In this document: positions 14,153-28,772 of the stretch, one piece after another
Numbering within the stretch: the first letter of the stretch is position 1
Layout of the letters: every line of letters starts with the position of its first letter
Assembly (NCBI RefSeq): GCF_041956535.1
Contig: NW_027192196.1
Span: forward strand, 266,921 to 330,920
Origin: Calcarisporiella thermophila CBS 279.70
Taxonomy: Eukaryota; Fungi; Calcarisporiellomycota
DNA length: 64,000 nucleotides
Reading direction: 5' to 3'
The notes under the pieces: model-generated
The model's database searches: none
Told to the model about the DNA's origin: nothing
Seen by the model: the letters and a program-made list of their open reading frames with translations, nothing else
Translations under genes and position numbers: made by a program

Positions 14153-15079
14153 CTACAAATACAGTTCGCGTTCTACAACATATCTCGCCACTGGGCCTGG
14201 AAGAATGGCCCTCAACTTTTCAATCCGCTCTTCCTTCGGAAGCACGTCTTGCACTAACTCTCTTGCTCGAGTTGAGCTTAGCAAAGCAAGCTCCTCATGG
14301 ATAGTTAAAGGATGGACCCGTGATCGTACAGCCTTCACTTCTTTGCTTTGGAAGAAAGCCTGTACCTCATTTTCTTCAAATCCAGCTCGGTTAGCACAGA
14401 ATATTTGGGAACTCTTGAAAAATGGGGCCAATTCGGCATGCATGTCGTGATAATAGCGTGGATTAAAGAGTCGTATTGCAGTATCAAAGCCAACAATAAA
14501 CCAGGGTTCAATGCTCTGATCCTGTTGTGAGGAGGAGCTGGTGAGAGCACGGGCCTTGTCAATAAACCTTGCGAACCGTGTTAATCCAATTCCAATCTCG
14601 ACGCAAGTCTTCTCATTTCGCTGGCTTTTCTCTAATTCATCGGCAATTTCCCCGGCCATAATTTCCATCATTGCCAGTCGATCTCCCAATCCAGCTCCCG
14701 ATCTCTTTTTGTCAGCATTCTGAGTTGCAAGCAAGAGCAAACAAGCATCAAATGGCTGCCCAGCACGGAGGCCTTGTTCAACGGCCGAGAGAAGAAGGTG
14801 TTGGTGGGCACGGGTTGGCGGGTTGAAGCTGCTGTCAAGCACTAAAACTCGATAGGGGCTACCTTTATATTCCAACTTGGATGGGTTGGCTGGAAAATTA
14901 GAGGTGATGTGAGTGGGGGAGGGACTAATTGTTGATATTATTTCAATGTCAGCATCGGAGCGCTCAAATTTCTCTGCCTGGAACTCCAGATCGCGCCAGC
15001 GCTGATAATTAAGAGTGAGAGACGATCGGGAAGGCGTAAGCAATGCAGCTGGACGATATATCTGTGAGAGAACGCTCAT
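14153..15079 (-). CDS. POF1: POF1-like nicotinamide-nucleotide adenylyltransferase (cytidyltransferase-like fold), intronless
   Basis: Motifs VLDSSFNPPTRAH, LLLATQNADK, RLAMM, ARFIDK, FIVGFDTAIRLFNPRYY and LSSTRAR...ELY. Confidence 0.88.
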   Translation of the reverse strand: MSVLSQIYRPAALLTPSRSSLTLNYQRWRDLEFQAEKFERSDADIEIISTISPSPTHITSNFPANPSKLEYKGSPYRVLVLDSSFNPPTRAHQHLLLSAVEQGLRAGQPFDACLLLLATQNADKKRSGAGLGDRLAMMEIMAGEIADELEKSQRNEKTCVEIGIGLTRFARFIDKARALTSSSSQQDQSIEPWFIVGFDTAIRLFNPRYYHDMHAELAPFFKSSQIFCANRAGFEENEVQAFFQSKEVKAVRSRVHPLTIHEELALLSSTRARELVQDVLPKEERIEKLRAILPGPVARYVVERELYL

Positions 15080-15534
15080 ATCGGCCAAATTGGACTTGGG
15101 AAAAAATAAATGGATTTAGAGATAAGAATTCAAAGTCTAAATATACATATTCAAGCGAGCTTAGGCAGAAAAGGCTTAGAAAAAAATAATCAGAGCAAAT
15201 AATTGAGTCTAGCTTAATTTAGGATCATAGGCTTCTCTCACCTAATGGCGCAATAAAAAAACAATAATGAAGGCAATATATTGCAAATGATTGAAAATCA
15301 CGATCGAACACTTCCTGATGTAATTTGTTAACAACATATACTCCGTCCAAGGTGGTGGGACATTATGTTGTACGATATAGAAAGTTTGTAACGTGTAAAG
15401 TAGTGCAGGAATCCATTAGCAATAAACAAGTTGTACGTCATATTATCATACAGGGAGAGAAGCAAAAATCCACAGACAGTGATATAATAGAGCTTTCATA
15501 AATATAATACATTGTATAGGGAGAAGATAAAAGA

Positions 15535-16737
15535 TTAGCTTTGCCTTGCTGCTGCTTTGTCTTCACTACCAGCTGATAGATCCGTGATGAATGAATTGCC
15601 TCTTGCAGGGTTTAATTCCAGAGTGAACCCGTTTCGATTGGGAGTGTAGTCCTCAATCCCTTCCAAAAGCCATCCCATATCTTCGACACTACGCTCTGCT
15701 TTGGAAGCAGCGCGCATGAATAATAATTCCACGCTCATCTCCGTCACTGCAGAGTCTTTAGTGGCTTCTAGCTTGGACTCACAGTAGATATCCTCTGGGA
15801 AGAGTTGTGTATAACTAGAGCAATTCGAGAAAGTTAAGCTTGATAAAATATTTTTAATGAAACGCAGGGGAACTCTAACCTGTTAGTATTCGCATCTTGT
15901 GAGCTTGGAACCTCCTCTTCGTGTTCAAATTGGAGGGAATCTGACAATATTCGAGATGAGGATTTATAATTTGTATTTCGAAATCGCGACCTATGAGAAA
16001 GTGACGACTCCCCGTTATATCGTGAAGAATTATTGATTACTGGACCGGGTGGGCTTGGTGCGCGCCATTCGACTGCATCCTCCTCTTCTTCATCCGATTC
16101 CTCGACAATCACACCCGGAGCATATTTTGACTGTGCTGCCAGCCGCTGCCGTGAGAATTCAGAGTGTGTAAGCGAATGTGAAGCATGTGAGTGTTGAGAG
16201 ATTGCCTTCTGTTTGACGGGCGAATGAGAGCTTGTTGAGTACCCTTGGGAATAGGATCCTTTTGTATTCGAAAATTAATATCGCAATTGTACAAATATTT
16301 GCAAATGGGGACTGAGATTTACCCAAATCATGGCTTGGAAGTACATAGCGCCCCAAAATTTGTAATCTTCCTTCACTCACGGAGTCGGTTATCCAGGAAG
16401 AACGATATATAGTCGTCGAGCCCTGTTCGTATATTCTAGATGCATCACGCGTAAAATTATAATTTTTTTTATTCGATTTTCATGTTGGAAAGATGTACTC
16501 ACGCCTGTGTAACAGGATCATTCTTATCATCGCTGAAAAGGAATTCAACCCGCTCATCATAAGGATCCCTTAGAGTTTTGCCGCCCTCTCTTGCTAAAGT
16601 AGAAATAAATTAGAACAGTAAATTTTGCACGATGAAGATGGTTATCGAGTCTCGTGGTGTTTCATTAACTAACCCCAGCAATCTCTGGAAGTCTGTGGAA
16701 CGCTTCTACTAAACCAGCACTTTAGACCTTGAAACAT
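15535..16737 (-). CDS. TERB2-like protein (telomere repeat-binding bouquet formation protein 2), 308 aa; exons 16737-16674, 16593-16503, 16435-16323, 16258-15880, 15814-15535
   Basis: Four phase-consistent GT-AG introns. N-terminus MFQGLKCWFSRSVPQTSRDCWAREGG...EFLFSDDKNDPVTQAIY...LGRYVLP and C-terminal SVEDMGWLLEGIEDYTPNRNGF resemble the two conserved regions of vertebrate TERB2 as recalled from memory. Confidence 0.7.
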
Positions 16738-17312
16738 AGGACTACGGAGTTTACAGGGATTGGAGGAAACAACAAGAGATTCTATGGAGATATACAATAA
16801 TTCATATATGTGAATTTAAAAATCGTGTTCGAAATCCGTATCGCACTGAGGAGTGAGAAAATTGCATAAGCCACAGCACACGACCTTAATCAAGCATTTA
16901 AGAGAAGAGATATTTGCATGTTAAACTTATGGTTAGCTCCGCTCTCGTGGTTTCGGTATTGCCACACACTATTAAGCGACTTCGTAGTAGCATGGTTTTT
17001 TATGGCATCACTCCGTATGCTGTTTTCAGAAACCGAGGCTTCCAAATAAATCGAGCTGATCGAATGGCTATGAATTGCACCAGAATAATACTACTTGTGA
17101 GTCAAAAGCATTTTTGTGTATAGTTTTCCATCGAATGCAACTGTTATTTTAATCCAAAAGAAAAAGAATATTTATCAAATCAACTTTACTACTATACTAT
17201 TAAATCCCTTCGGATTAATGGTAATATAATATATGTGACTGCCTTTTTATCACCTCGCGTGTATTTTACCTTGCTTGCAATAGCACCGTAATTTAAAAGC
17301 TGTTAAAAAGAA

Positions 17313-18526
17313 ATGGAGGTGGATTTACAACTCTTTGGGAAAATTCAAGAGGTGAGCAACAACTTTGTTATTATAGTCTCCGGTGTAATATTTTATTGCT
17401 TTTTTTTTATAGTCTATGGATGCAGAATCCAATCTCAAGGACGTAAGATTGCATTTGAATTTAGTCTAGGTGCTCACGTTTGCAATTCAGTCTAATGTTC
17501 TACTAGGAAATTCGGCAAGTTGTACGCGAGTTTGATCGCACGTGTCGCAATCTTGCCTTCGCATGGAGAGAGGTCCATTTTTGCCAACCTAGTGAAGGTC
17601 GTGGGGCTTAATATCGTTGGCTTATTTTACACGTTTTGACCCAATTCACAAACTATAGTGCCCAAAATATGCGAACGTGCCACCGATCAATTCCACGATG
17701 TGAGGGAACATATACAGAAACTCGCCAAGCTAATTCCCGCCAAGCAACACTACAGGTATATTTAGAGTAGTCCTCCCTACTATTTTTCATCATTTTACAT
17801 GCATGTCCTTCTTCACATTCTAAAGATATAATGACCTCTGGTCAAGAACGTTGCAACAAGCGTGTTTTCTTGCCGCATGGAATATATATCTTCAGTACGA
17901 AAGACTTATAACTGTACAGGAGCTGGAGGAGATCATGGGGGGTAATTATGATCTATTATGTATTTACATTCTCGATATATCTTAGGAACCTTCTTAAAAA
18001 GTGAAAGTTAACCTGGACAATACGTTGGATGAGTTCCATATCTCGGTTGAAGACTACCTACTTAGCGTCATCCTTTTAGTAAATGAACTGGTATAGCTTA
18101 TACAAGCTCGACTCATATATTCCTGAACCGTTGGTTTGTTTAATACCTATGTACGTTTTCAAAATAGGCGCGTTTTGCTGTGAATTCTGTGACCATTGGC
18201 GATTATCAACGCCCAATCCGCATTAGCAATTTCGTCAGAACATTGTCATCTGGTTTCCAGCTTCTAAATCTCAAGAACGATATATTACGCAAAAGGTTAA
18301 TGATAGACTTTCTCATGGGGGGACAAGAAAATTTACCTAATAATCCCTTTGCCTTTTTTTCCATAGATTTGATTCCATCAAGGTATTCGAAATGATTATT
18401 TTTCCGATCTCACCTTAGCTAACTCTTACCATTTGCACGCCTTAGTACGATGTCAAAACTATCGAGGGCATTGTCTACGACGTCACCCTTCGAGGCCTGG
18501 TCAAGCCAGAGAATCCTGCAGCTTAG
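17313..18526 (+). CDS. TSN: Translin (C3PO subunit), multi-exon
   Basis: Spliced product contains YRYNDLWSRTLQQACF, FHISVEDYLLSVILLVNELARFAVNSVTIGDYQRP and GFQLLNLKNDILRKRFDSIKYDVKTIEGIVYDVTLRGL. Stop at 18524-18526. Confidence 0.92.
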
Positions 18527-19121
18527 TAGAGATTGTTGGATAGGTGATCGATCATTCTTTTTCTTTCCATTTTTTTCCAAAATTGACTGCTTTATATTGG
18601 AGAATAAAAGAGAAGAATTTTCTTCCAAACCTTAATATTTGCTCTTCTATGTGTCCGCGTGTAATTCTCCATCCTACTCTTTGAGACGGTCGTCTTCTCC
18701 CCCTCTGTTCAGCATGCGCTTTTAATCCATTTGTGCTCTGATCTATTCGCTATCTCCCAGTCTACGTCAAATCGCTCCATAGTGAGTTTATTACAAAACT
18801 TTACAAATTAATGAAGCTGATAAATAGCCAAGGTGGCTTGTCACAAATAAACTTTAAATAAATGGGCGCGTGTAGGACGCAAAGGCATATTCGCGTGACA
18901 GGTCTCCATATTATTTTCATTTTGTCTCGTGAACTCTTATTTTTTTTCTCCGAGTACATAAAAAAAAGTGTTCTATTTAAAAGGAGATGCTCTCCCTGAC
19001 ATCCGTGCGAGCTGTTCTCGGCCACACAACACCTCCCCATCGACTCGTTAGGTAACTATTCAATTCGGTTGATTATAAATACTTCTTGTCGTGGTGTCCA
19101 GGCCTCCTTTGTTCCTTGCTA

Positions 19122-21597
19122 ATGCATTTCATGATCAGTCGTTCAATAGCCACCGCGCGGATTAAATCGCCGCAACAAATCCTCTCACGCCTCCGGCCGA
19201 TACAACCACCCAAAAACATGGCCCTTTTGACCATTATACCGAGCATTATGCATCGGAAAAAGAAAATCGACTGCTCGATGAGCCGTCGACTATTTGCTAC
19301 TTCCTCGACAACCTCTTCTCCCACGGTGGCCGATGAAAATCCAATTCTAGCTCTCCAGCTGTTCCCTGATTTTGTCAAGATTCGCCCTTCACACATTGTA
19401 CCTGCCTTCGATGCCTTAGTCCAAAAATGCAGCGAGGAATTCGAGACATGCGAGGCCAGATTTGCACCAAGCTGGGAAATGACCATGGGCCTAAGTAAGT
19501 GTTCCATTATTCTGATTGTTTTCTCCTTTATCTTTGTTCTCTCTTGCTCCATTAAAGTAGTTTATACTTGTTTAATAATCCTATTCGTTTTTTAGCTGAA
19601 GAAATTGATGATGTTATCGAGCGCTGCTACGGGGTAGTATCGCACCTCAACATGGTCAAGGACTCTCCAGATCTGCGAGCTGCCATCGAAACAATACAGC
19701 CACGAGTTATCCAGTTGTGCTTGCGGATGAGCCAATCCCAACCAAAATACCAAGCCCTAAAGCAGCTCCGAGATGGCCCCACTTGGTCATCACTTAGTCC
19801 AGAGCAGCAACGCATCGTTCACCGGACACTTGCTGACATGGAGCTAATGGGAGTTGGATTAACGGACACGCGCCACCGTTTCAATGAGATTACTGAGCGA
19901 TTGTCACAACTGAGCATTCGGTTTGGAAATAACGTCCTCGATGCTACGAAGGCGTTTGTGGAGGTTGTACATGATCGGGAGCAACTGCGGGGATGCAGTG
20001 AACAGCTCTTGCAGATGATGTCTAAGAATGCGCAGAAGCGTGGGTTTGGCGAAGGCGACAAGGAGAATGGCCCATGGGCTGTGACACTTGATCAACCGGT
20101 GTTTGGGCCTTTCATGATGTTCTGCCAGAATCGAGCTTTAAGAGAAAAGGTGTACCGAGCACATATTACGCGGGCCTCTGAGGGAGACTGGAACAACGTG
20201 CCAATTATTAATGAGATACTTGAACTTAAGCAAGGTATTGATACACTTATTTGATTGCCGCTCTAACAAGTTCTCTATTTGCTAATCCATAATAATACCA
20301 TTTCGATTTAGAACAAGCTGCTCTCCTCGGCTTTCCAAACTATGCTGCCCTATCTCTTTCTTCCAAAATGGCCGGCAGGATACCTAATGCCCAACAGCTC
20401 ATCACCGATTTATACAATGCGTCGCTTGAGCATGCAAAACGTGACCTCGCCAAGCTTGAACGTTTCGCCGTAGAACAGCTTCAACTTTCTACCCCCCTCC
20501 AGCCTTGGGATATATCGTACGTATCGGAGGCGTATCGCAAGCATCTCTTCCGCTTTGACGAGGAGCAGATTCAGCAGTATTTCGCGTTCCCACGAGTTAT
20601 CAATGGACTCTTTGCACTAGCAGAGGAGATATTTGGAGTGAAGATACGAGAGGTGCATGGCGAGCCGATGAAGGGGTGGCACGATGATGTGCGCCTGTAC
20701 GAAGTCAGTTCATTGCAGGGGGGCGAAACCCTTGCCTATTTCTATGGGGACTTCTACAGCCGCCCCGAGGAGAAAAAGAGCGGCGCATGGATGGACATTT
20801 CTGCAACACGCCGGCGGATGCCTGACGGCTCTGTGCGCGTCCCAGTTGCTTATCTTATATGCAACCAGCAGCCGCCTGCCTCCCCGGAACAGCCCTCGCT
20901 TATGAAATTCAGGGATGTGGAGACACTTTTCCACGAGTTTGGACACTGTCTCCAGCACATGCTGACTCGCGTGGAGTACCCTCAGGCTTCGGGAATCAAG
21001 ATGATCGAGTGGGATTTCGTGGAGGTTGCCTCGCAATTAATGGAGAATTTTTGCCACGAGCCCCGCTGGCTGGCTAGACTTGCACAGCATCATGTGACGG
21101 GAGAGGCAATGCCCGCGGAGATGGTGAGCGGGTTGGTGAAAGCGCGGGAGTTTCTGGCCGGGATCGCCATGATTAGGCAGCTCCACTTCGCCCAACTAGA
21201 CCTTACCCTCCACTCGAACTTCAAGCCCCCGCGCAGCCCTGGCGATAAAACGGTGTTTGACGTGGATCTGGAGCTGGCACGCCAAACAGCAGTTCTTCCC
21301 CGTCTCCCAGAGGACCGTTTCCTGTGCAGCTTTAGTCACATCTTTGCCGGTGGTTACAGCGCCGGTTACTACAGCTACAAGTGGTCTGAAGTCTACTCTG
21401 CCGACGCATACGCGGCCTTCGAGGCGGCAGGCCCTGAACGCACCCGTGAGGTCGGAAAGCGTTACAGGGAGACCGTGCTAGCATTGGGTGGTGCGACGGA
21501 TCCTCGGGAGGTGTGGCGAAAATTTAGAGGAAGAGAAACGGCCGATATTGCACCTTTGTTGCGACACTCAGGACTGTTGGATCGGGCGCATCTTTAA
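19122..21597 (+). CDS. Oligopeptidase A (peptidase M3A, PrlC/OOP-like) with probable mitochondrial presequence; 2 introns; start uncertain (19122, 19131 or 19278)
   Basis: HEFGH zinc motif plus RPEEKKSGAWM, PVAYLICNQ, IEWDFVEVASQLMENF and FSHIFAGGYSAGYYSYKWSEV. The N-terminus is R/S-rich. Confidence 0.9.
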
Positions 21598-22089
21598 TCC
21601 GTTCTCATGATAGATAGATATTCACCCCATTGCATTTTCATTATGCCCTGAAATGCTTCTGTTCTATCCTTCTTTACTTTTTGTTTATTAGTGTGTTTTT
21701 TGTACACTTTGAGATACTCTTCCTCACCCCAAATCTTATTCTCTCCACCTATTCCTTTGTGTGAATATCCTTGAATCGCTTTTTATTTTGACTATCACCA
21801 ATTTCGGGATCACTAGGCACAGTTCTTCTCCTTGTTTATTCTTTTCTATTTTTCTCATTTCTTTCCCGCTGCCCGCTTCTTATCGATCGAGAAATCGTAA
21901 TATATTTAAAGTTGGAGTTAACTATCGAGCAGTATGATGGGAGTATAAAAAATAATAAAAGTGTCATGAGGTCACTAACTATGACAACATACATCTTGCC
22001 GAGTGAGACATCCTAGTGCATATTTGCTTGACCACCAAGTGGCAGTGAGAGTGGAAAAAGAAATTAATTATAAATAGCGAAATAATTAA

Positions 22090-23418
22090 TTAGAAATGCA
22101 AGATGAGGCTGCAAAACACCGCCATTGCGGCAGAAAGTACAGCAGCAACCACTGTCGCTCCGGATGAGGTCGAGCCCTTGAGTGTGGCTGATGCTAAGGG
22201 GGCAGAGGCCACTGAAGGTAAGGAGGTTGAACTGGTCATATTGGGCATGGCCGAGGGGAGTGCCGACAGAGTGACGTTGCCCCTCGTCTCTAGATATGGG
22301 CTCTTGTCACCCAGACAGTCCGGCACAGGCATCATTCTCAACTGCGATTGTAGCGCCAATGGAAGGATATCTACGATCGCAACATCCACCGACTCCTTGT
22401 AGAGATCATGTTCAAGAACGATGAAGCCTGAATTCATTTGCTGGACTTTGGTCAGATATTGCTTGAAGTTGTTGAGCACTTGCGCTTGCGTTGCTTGCTT
22501 GGCGGGGATCTGCCAATCTTGTGTGTCGAAGCCATCCGTCCAAATCACTGTTTTATAGCCTAGCTGCCTAACAATTGCCCGAACCCGATCATCATAGTCG
22601 CCATAGGGTGGGCGGAAGTAAAGGGGCGTGACGCCAATCGTGTCTTTGATGGCCTTTTCCGTCCACTTTATCTCGGCAACAATCTGTTCGTTTGTGAGTG
22701 AGGTCAACGCGGTGTGGGACCATGTGTGAACAGCAATATGGTGTCCTTCCTGGAACTCTCGTCGCAGGATATCTCCATTTTGGACCACGCGTGAGCCTAC
22801 TACGAACATGGTCGCCTTAATCTGGTGAGCTTTGAGATAGTCTAGCAAGGGAGGCGTGTTGATTCTGTCAAAGAATCAGACAACGAAACGTTAGCTAATC
22901 CTACAAAACACTTTCCCTGATCTAACTTACGTAGGCCCGTCGTCATAGGTCAGTCCCCAGTCTTTACGATTGGGACATACAACCACGTCGTCTGGACGTG
23001 TGCATTTCTGGCATGTCCACCAACACGCGTTCGGATCAACTACGCTTGCAGCACATTCGCCCGCTTTGGACAGTGGAAGCTGTGGTACTTTGGTCATATC
23101 CACCAACTTCAACCACTCTTGGACTTCTGGGCTATCTACGGGCGGAACTTTGTCGGGAGGAGGATAGCCAGCAGCGCCGGCCACAGGCGGAGCAACAGGA
23201 GGAGCAGAATTCACTACTGCCGGAATCGGGGTGCTTGCCACGGTGGGAGCTGAGATGGGAGGGGCGGCCGCGGCCGCCTTTGGTCCAGCTGGCACTCCGG
23301 CTTGGGCCTTTGCGGCCTTCTCCTCTTTGACCTTTTCCTCTTTAACTTTTTCTTCTTTGGCAGCAAGAACTCCTGCACAAATGAAGCAGAGGATGAGTAA
23401 GAAGAACAGCCTATTCAT
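22090..23418 (-). CDS. Chitin deacetylase (CE4), secreted and probably GPI-anchored; one intron ~22865-22930
   Basis: Signal peptide, CWWTCQKC, TYDDGP, HTWSH, FRPPYGD, DTQDW and LEHD motifs, then an S/T-rich linker and hydrophobic C-terminal tail. Confidence 0.93.
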
Positions 23419-24818
23419 TTATTTTATATGGAAATGAATTAAGTGAAGAAAAGAAGGGAAGGGAAGAGGGAAACGTAAATGAAAATGAAAAATAACCCCA
23501 AATATGCCAGGAAGAGACTGAATGAATGAGAATTGGGGGGAATTGAGAGAGAATGATGGTTCAAAGAAATGAATTGGATGAGGTCAAGTAAGGAAACATC
23601 AAGGTTAGCGATATGGCCAATTTGTACAAATACAAAAACGCGCTTAATTAAATGTCGATTGTAATGGGTTAAAATCAAAGACGATTAACTACACACCGTC
23701 CAATTAGCACCGGCGTAAGTATCACAAAGGGGTCTTACACATCCGCCACCATCCCCTATTCTCCTACCGAAAAGTTTGTGGAAATTCTGCGCAATAGGAA
23801 CTTGTCTTGAAATAATAAATATTGCCAAGTCTAGATCCAACCGACAGAGTGTTCAATCAAAGTGCAACTTGTCGAGTTATACTTCTTGTATGAAGGTGAG
23901 AGAGAATGTCTATGGGATACTCAAACTAAATATTAAAGCAAAGCCGTTTGAGTGCTTGACTTTAGGAGCATATATAGCGAAGTACATGGCCATAGATTTT
24001 GTTAGCCAACAACGAATCAATTCAAGATTTATGGAGGTTTTCATAGGTATTCAGCCTGAGCCTGTAGTTCAGAATGTGCCCTTAAGCCAATGGCCCTCTA
24101 AATTATTTGGGGTATATTTTCTGCATGCGCATTCCGGGGTAACCCTTGTTGCGTTAAGTTGCATCCGAGAGTAGACACCCTCATACACTAACATAGCATT
24201 ACATGGCCAACTTTCCGAGGGGCGAAAGTTTTTTTGTTTTTAGTCTGCTCTTAATTTTTTGTTCTCAGGAACTATGGCGCGGAATGAGGATGATTTATTG
24301 CTCTGATGTAGGCCAATCTGACGAGAATGATATTGCTTCTGTCATTTTTAGAATCAACCACACTACTCTGAAGCATCATACTAGGCACAATTTTCAGAAG
24401 TTATTTATGAGAGGAAGATCGTATAAGCGGAAGTACAAGCAATGACAAGTATTAAATGTACAGCTTTTATCCTGCCATAAGGTACCATATATACACGCAC
24501 CACTATAAAAGATCAAACACGGCCTTTCATATTTCTGGTTGATGCTGGAAAACACACTCATTGTTTCTTCAGCCTATGGGAATTTATTGTGGATCAAGGG
24601 AGCTTTTGCGCAGAATCAGAGATGTTGCTTTCTTGTTGCAAGCTATGGTAGATTCTCTTTTGGAGCAAGGGTCAAGGATTGTAGTCAGGTTGTAAATAGG
24701 CTACATCCTCGCTAACACTAAGTAACCAAATAACTTCCTCATCCCTGTTATCAAAAAGAACTAGTCGAGCTTGAGCACATCATCTTTATACATCCTAAGA
24801 TCAAACTAAACACAGGAA

Positions 24819-25130
24819 ATGCATATCATCACCGATAAACTTATCCTCATTTGCCTCGCAATTCTTTCGTTGCAAATTGCCATACAAGTCTTGGTAGAAA
24901 AGTCTGAGGAAGGCCCAATGAGTGGGCATGGCCACTTGGACACTCATCAAGCCAACATCATCGACGATTCGCGCGATTATCTCATCGAAGCGGTTGGTTA
25001 TCTGAGATCCATTCAAGAGGATTTAGAAGCGTTAAAAAGGGCGGTAGAAAATCTAGTCAAGTTGGTGAAATTTTTCAACTGGTGTTCATTGAACTTCAAA
25101 GGATCAGTTCGAGCCCGGATTTTCATTTGA
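24819..25130 (+). other. Orphan ORF (103 aa) with a signal-peptide-like N-terminus and short coiled coil; possibly a gene fragment
   Basis: ATG start, hydrophobic LILICLAILSLQIAI, amphipathic YLRSIQEDLEALKRAVENLVKL. No recognisable family. Confidence 0.25.
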
Positions 25131-25780
25131 GGTTTTCGTTGTGATGAGCTATACAGCTACCGTGTACATGGAGGTCCTTAGTAACTTCACTAAGATAGAT
25201 TTAAGCCAGAATATTACCACTCTACGGGGTATCTTTTATTTCTACAAAGTTTGTGTGGTGATGTTAGTGTCCGTTGATATCTTTACCCCTGGCCGGGGGA
25301 GCTCAAGCATTAATCTCCTGATTCTGCCCTTCGCATATGGAAAAGTGTAGCATAGCTAAAGCGTTTGATCGACGCATGTTTGATCAACCAGCTTCTCTTT
25401 AGCGTGATGCAAAAAATCATAGTTGCTAACGATTTTTTGCAATCAGCTCAGCTGCATGCATCTTTGTCGGGCATTGTAGTTCCTTTTACGATGCTGAAAG
25501 AAAAAATTGGTTTATTTTATTTTTTTTTAATTTTTTTGGGGGGGGGGGTTAAAATCTAAAGGTAAAAAAATAGAAGGCAGAGATGAAAAAAGAAGGGTAA
25601 AATACGTACATTTCACAATAATTAATGCATAACCATTATATAAAATACTAAGTAAAAGGAACGGCATGAAGCAGAAGTAGAGGAAGAAGAGGAAGAAGAA
25701 AAGAGGTTAAAAAGAGAAGTTAAAAGAAGAAAAAAAACCATTCAAATGCAGAAAAAAAGAAAATAAAATAACCCTTCCAT

Positions 25781-28501
<2,721 letters not shown>

Positions 28502-28772
28502 TTCTCTCTTTCTTAGTAATTCAAAGAGATTAGAACAGAATGAACATAGGATGAATAGGATGGTAGAACGGGAATCGCCGTAATAAAGGAAAGTAATCTA
28601 ACCTTGGCACTCCTCACTTTTTAATTGTTGAAAACAAAAAAATAAAAGCGCGTTCACTTTGCGAAACTGAGTTGTTATGATGATGTCAACAGATGACGAT
28701 TTCATTTTTTAGTTTTCCGGAGGCATTCAAGAGTAGATCCGTTTAACCCATTCCATCCATTTCTAGCACGAC

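Noticed and set aside
14055-14723. Plus-strand ORFs opposite POF1
   Set aside because: Antisense to a well-supported gene; no motifs.
16926-16936. ttatggttag as a telomerase-template-like or telomeric sequence near the TERB2-like gene
   Set aside because: One mismatch from TTAGGGTTAG, a single occurrence, and no other telomerase RNA features recognised.
16918-16940. TTAAACTTATG match to the 5' end of U12 snRNA
   Set aside because: The branch-site-pairing GTAAGGA that should follow is absent.
23776-24445. ORFs of 132 and 80 aa upstream of chitin deacetylase
   Set aside because: Non-coding-like composition, no splice-consistent model, no family resemblance.
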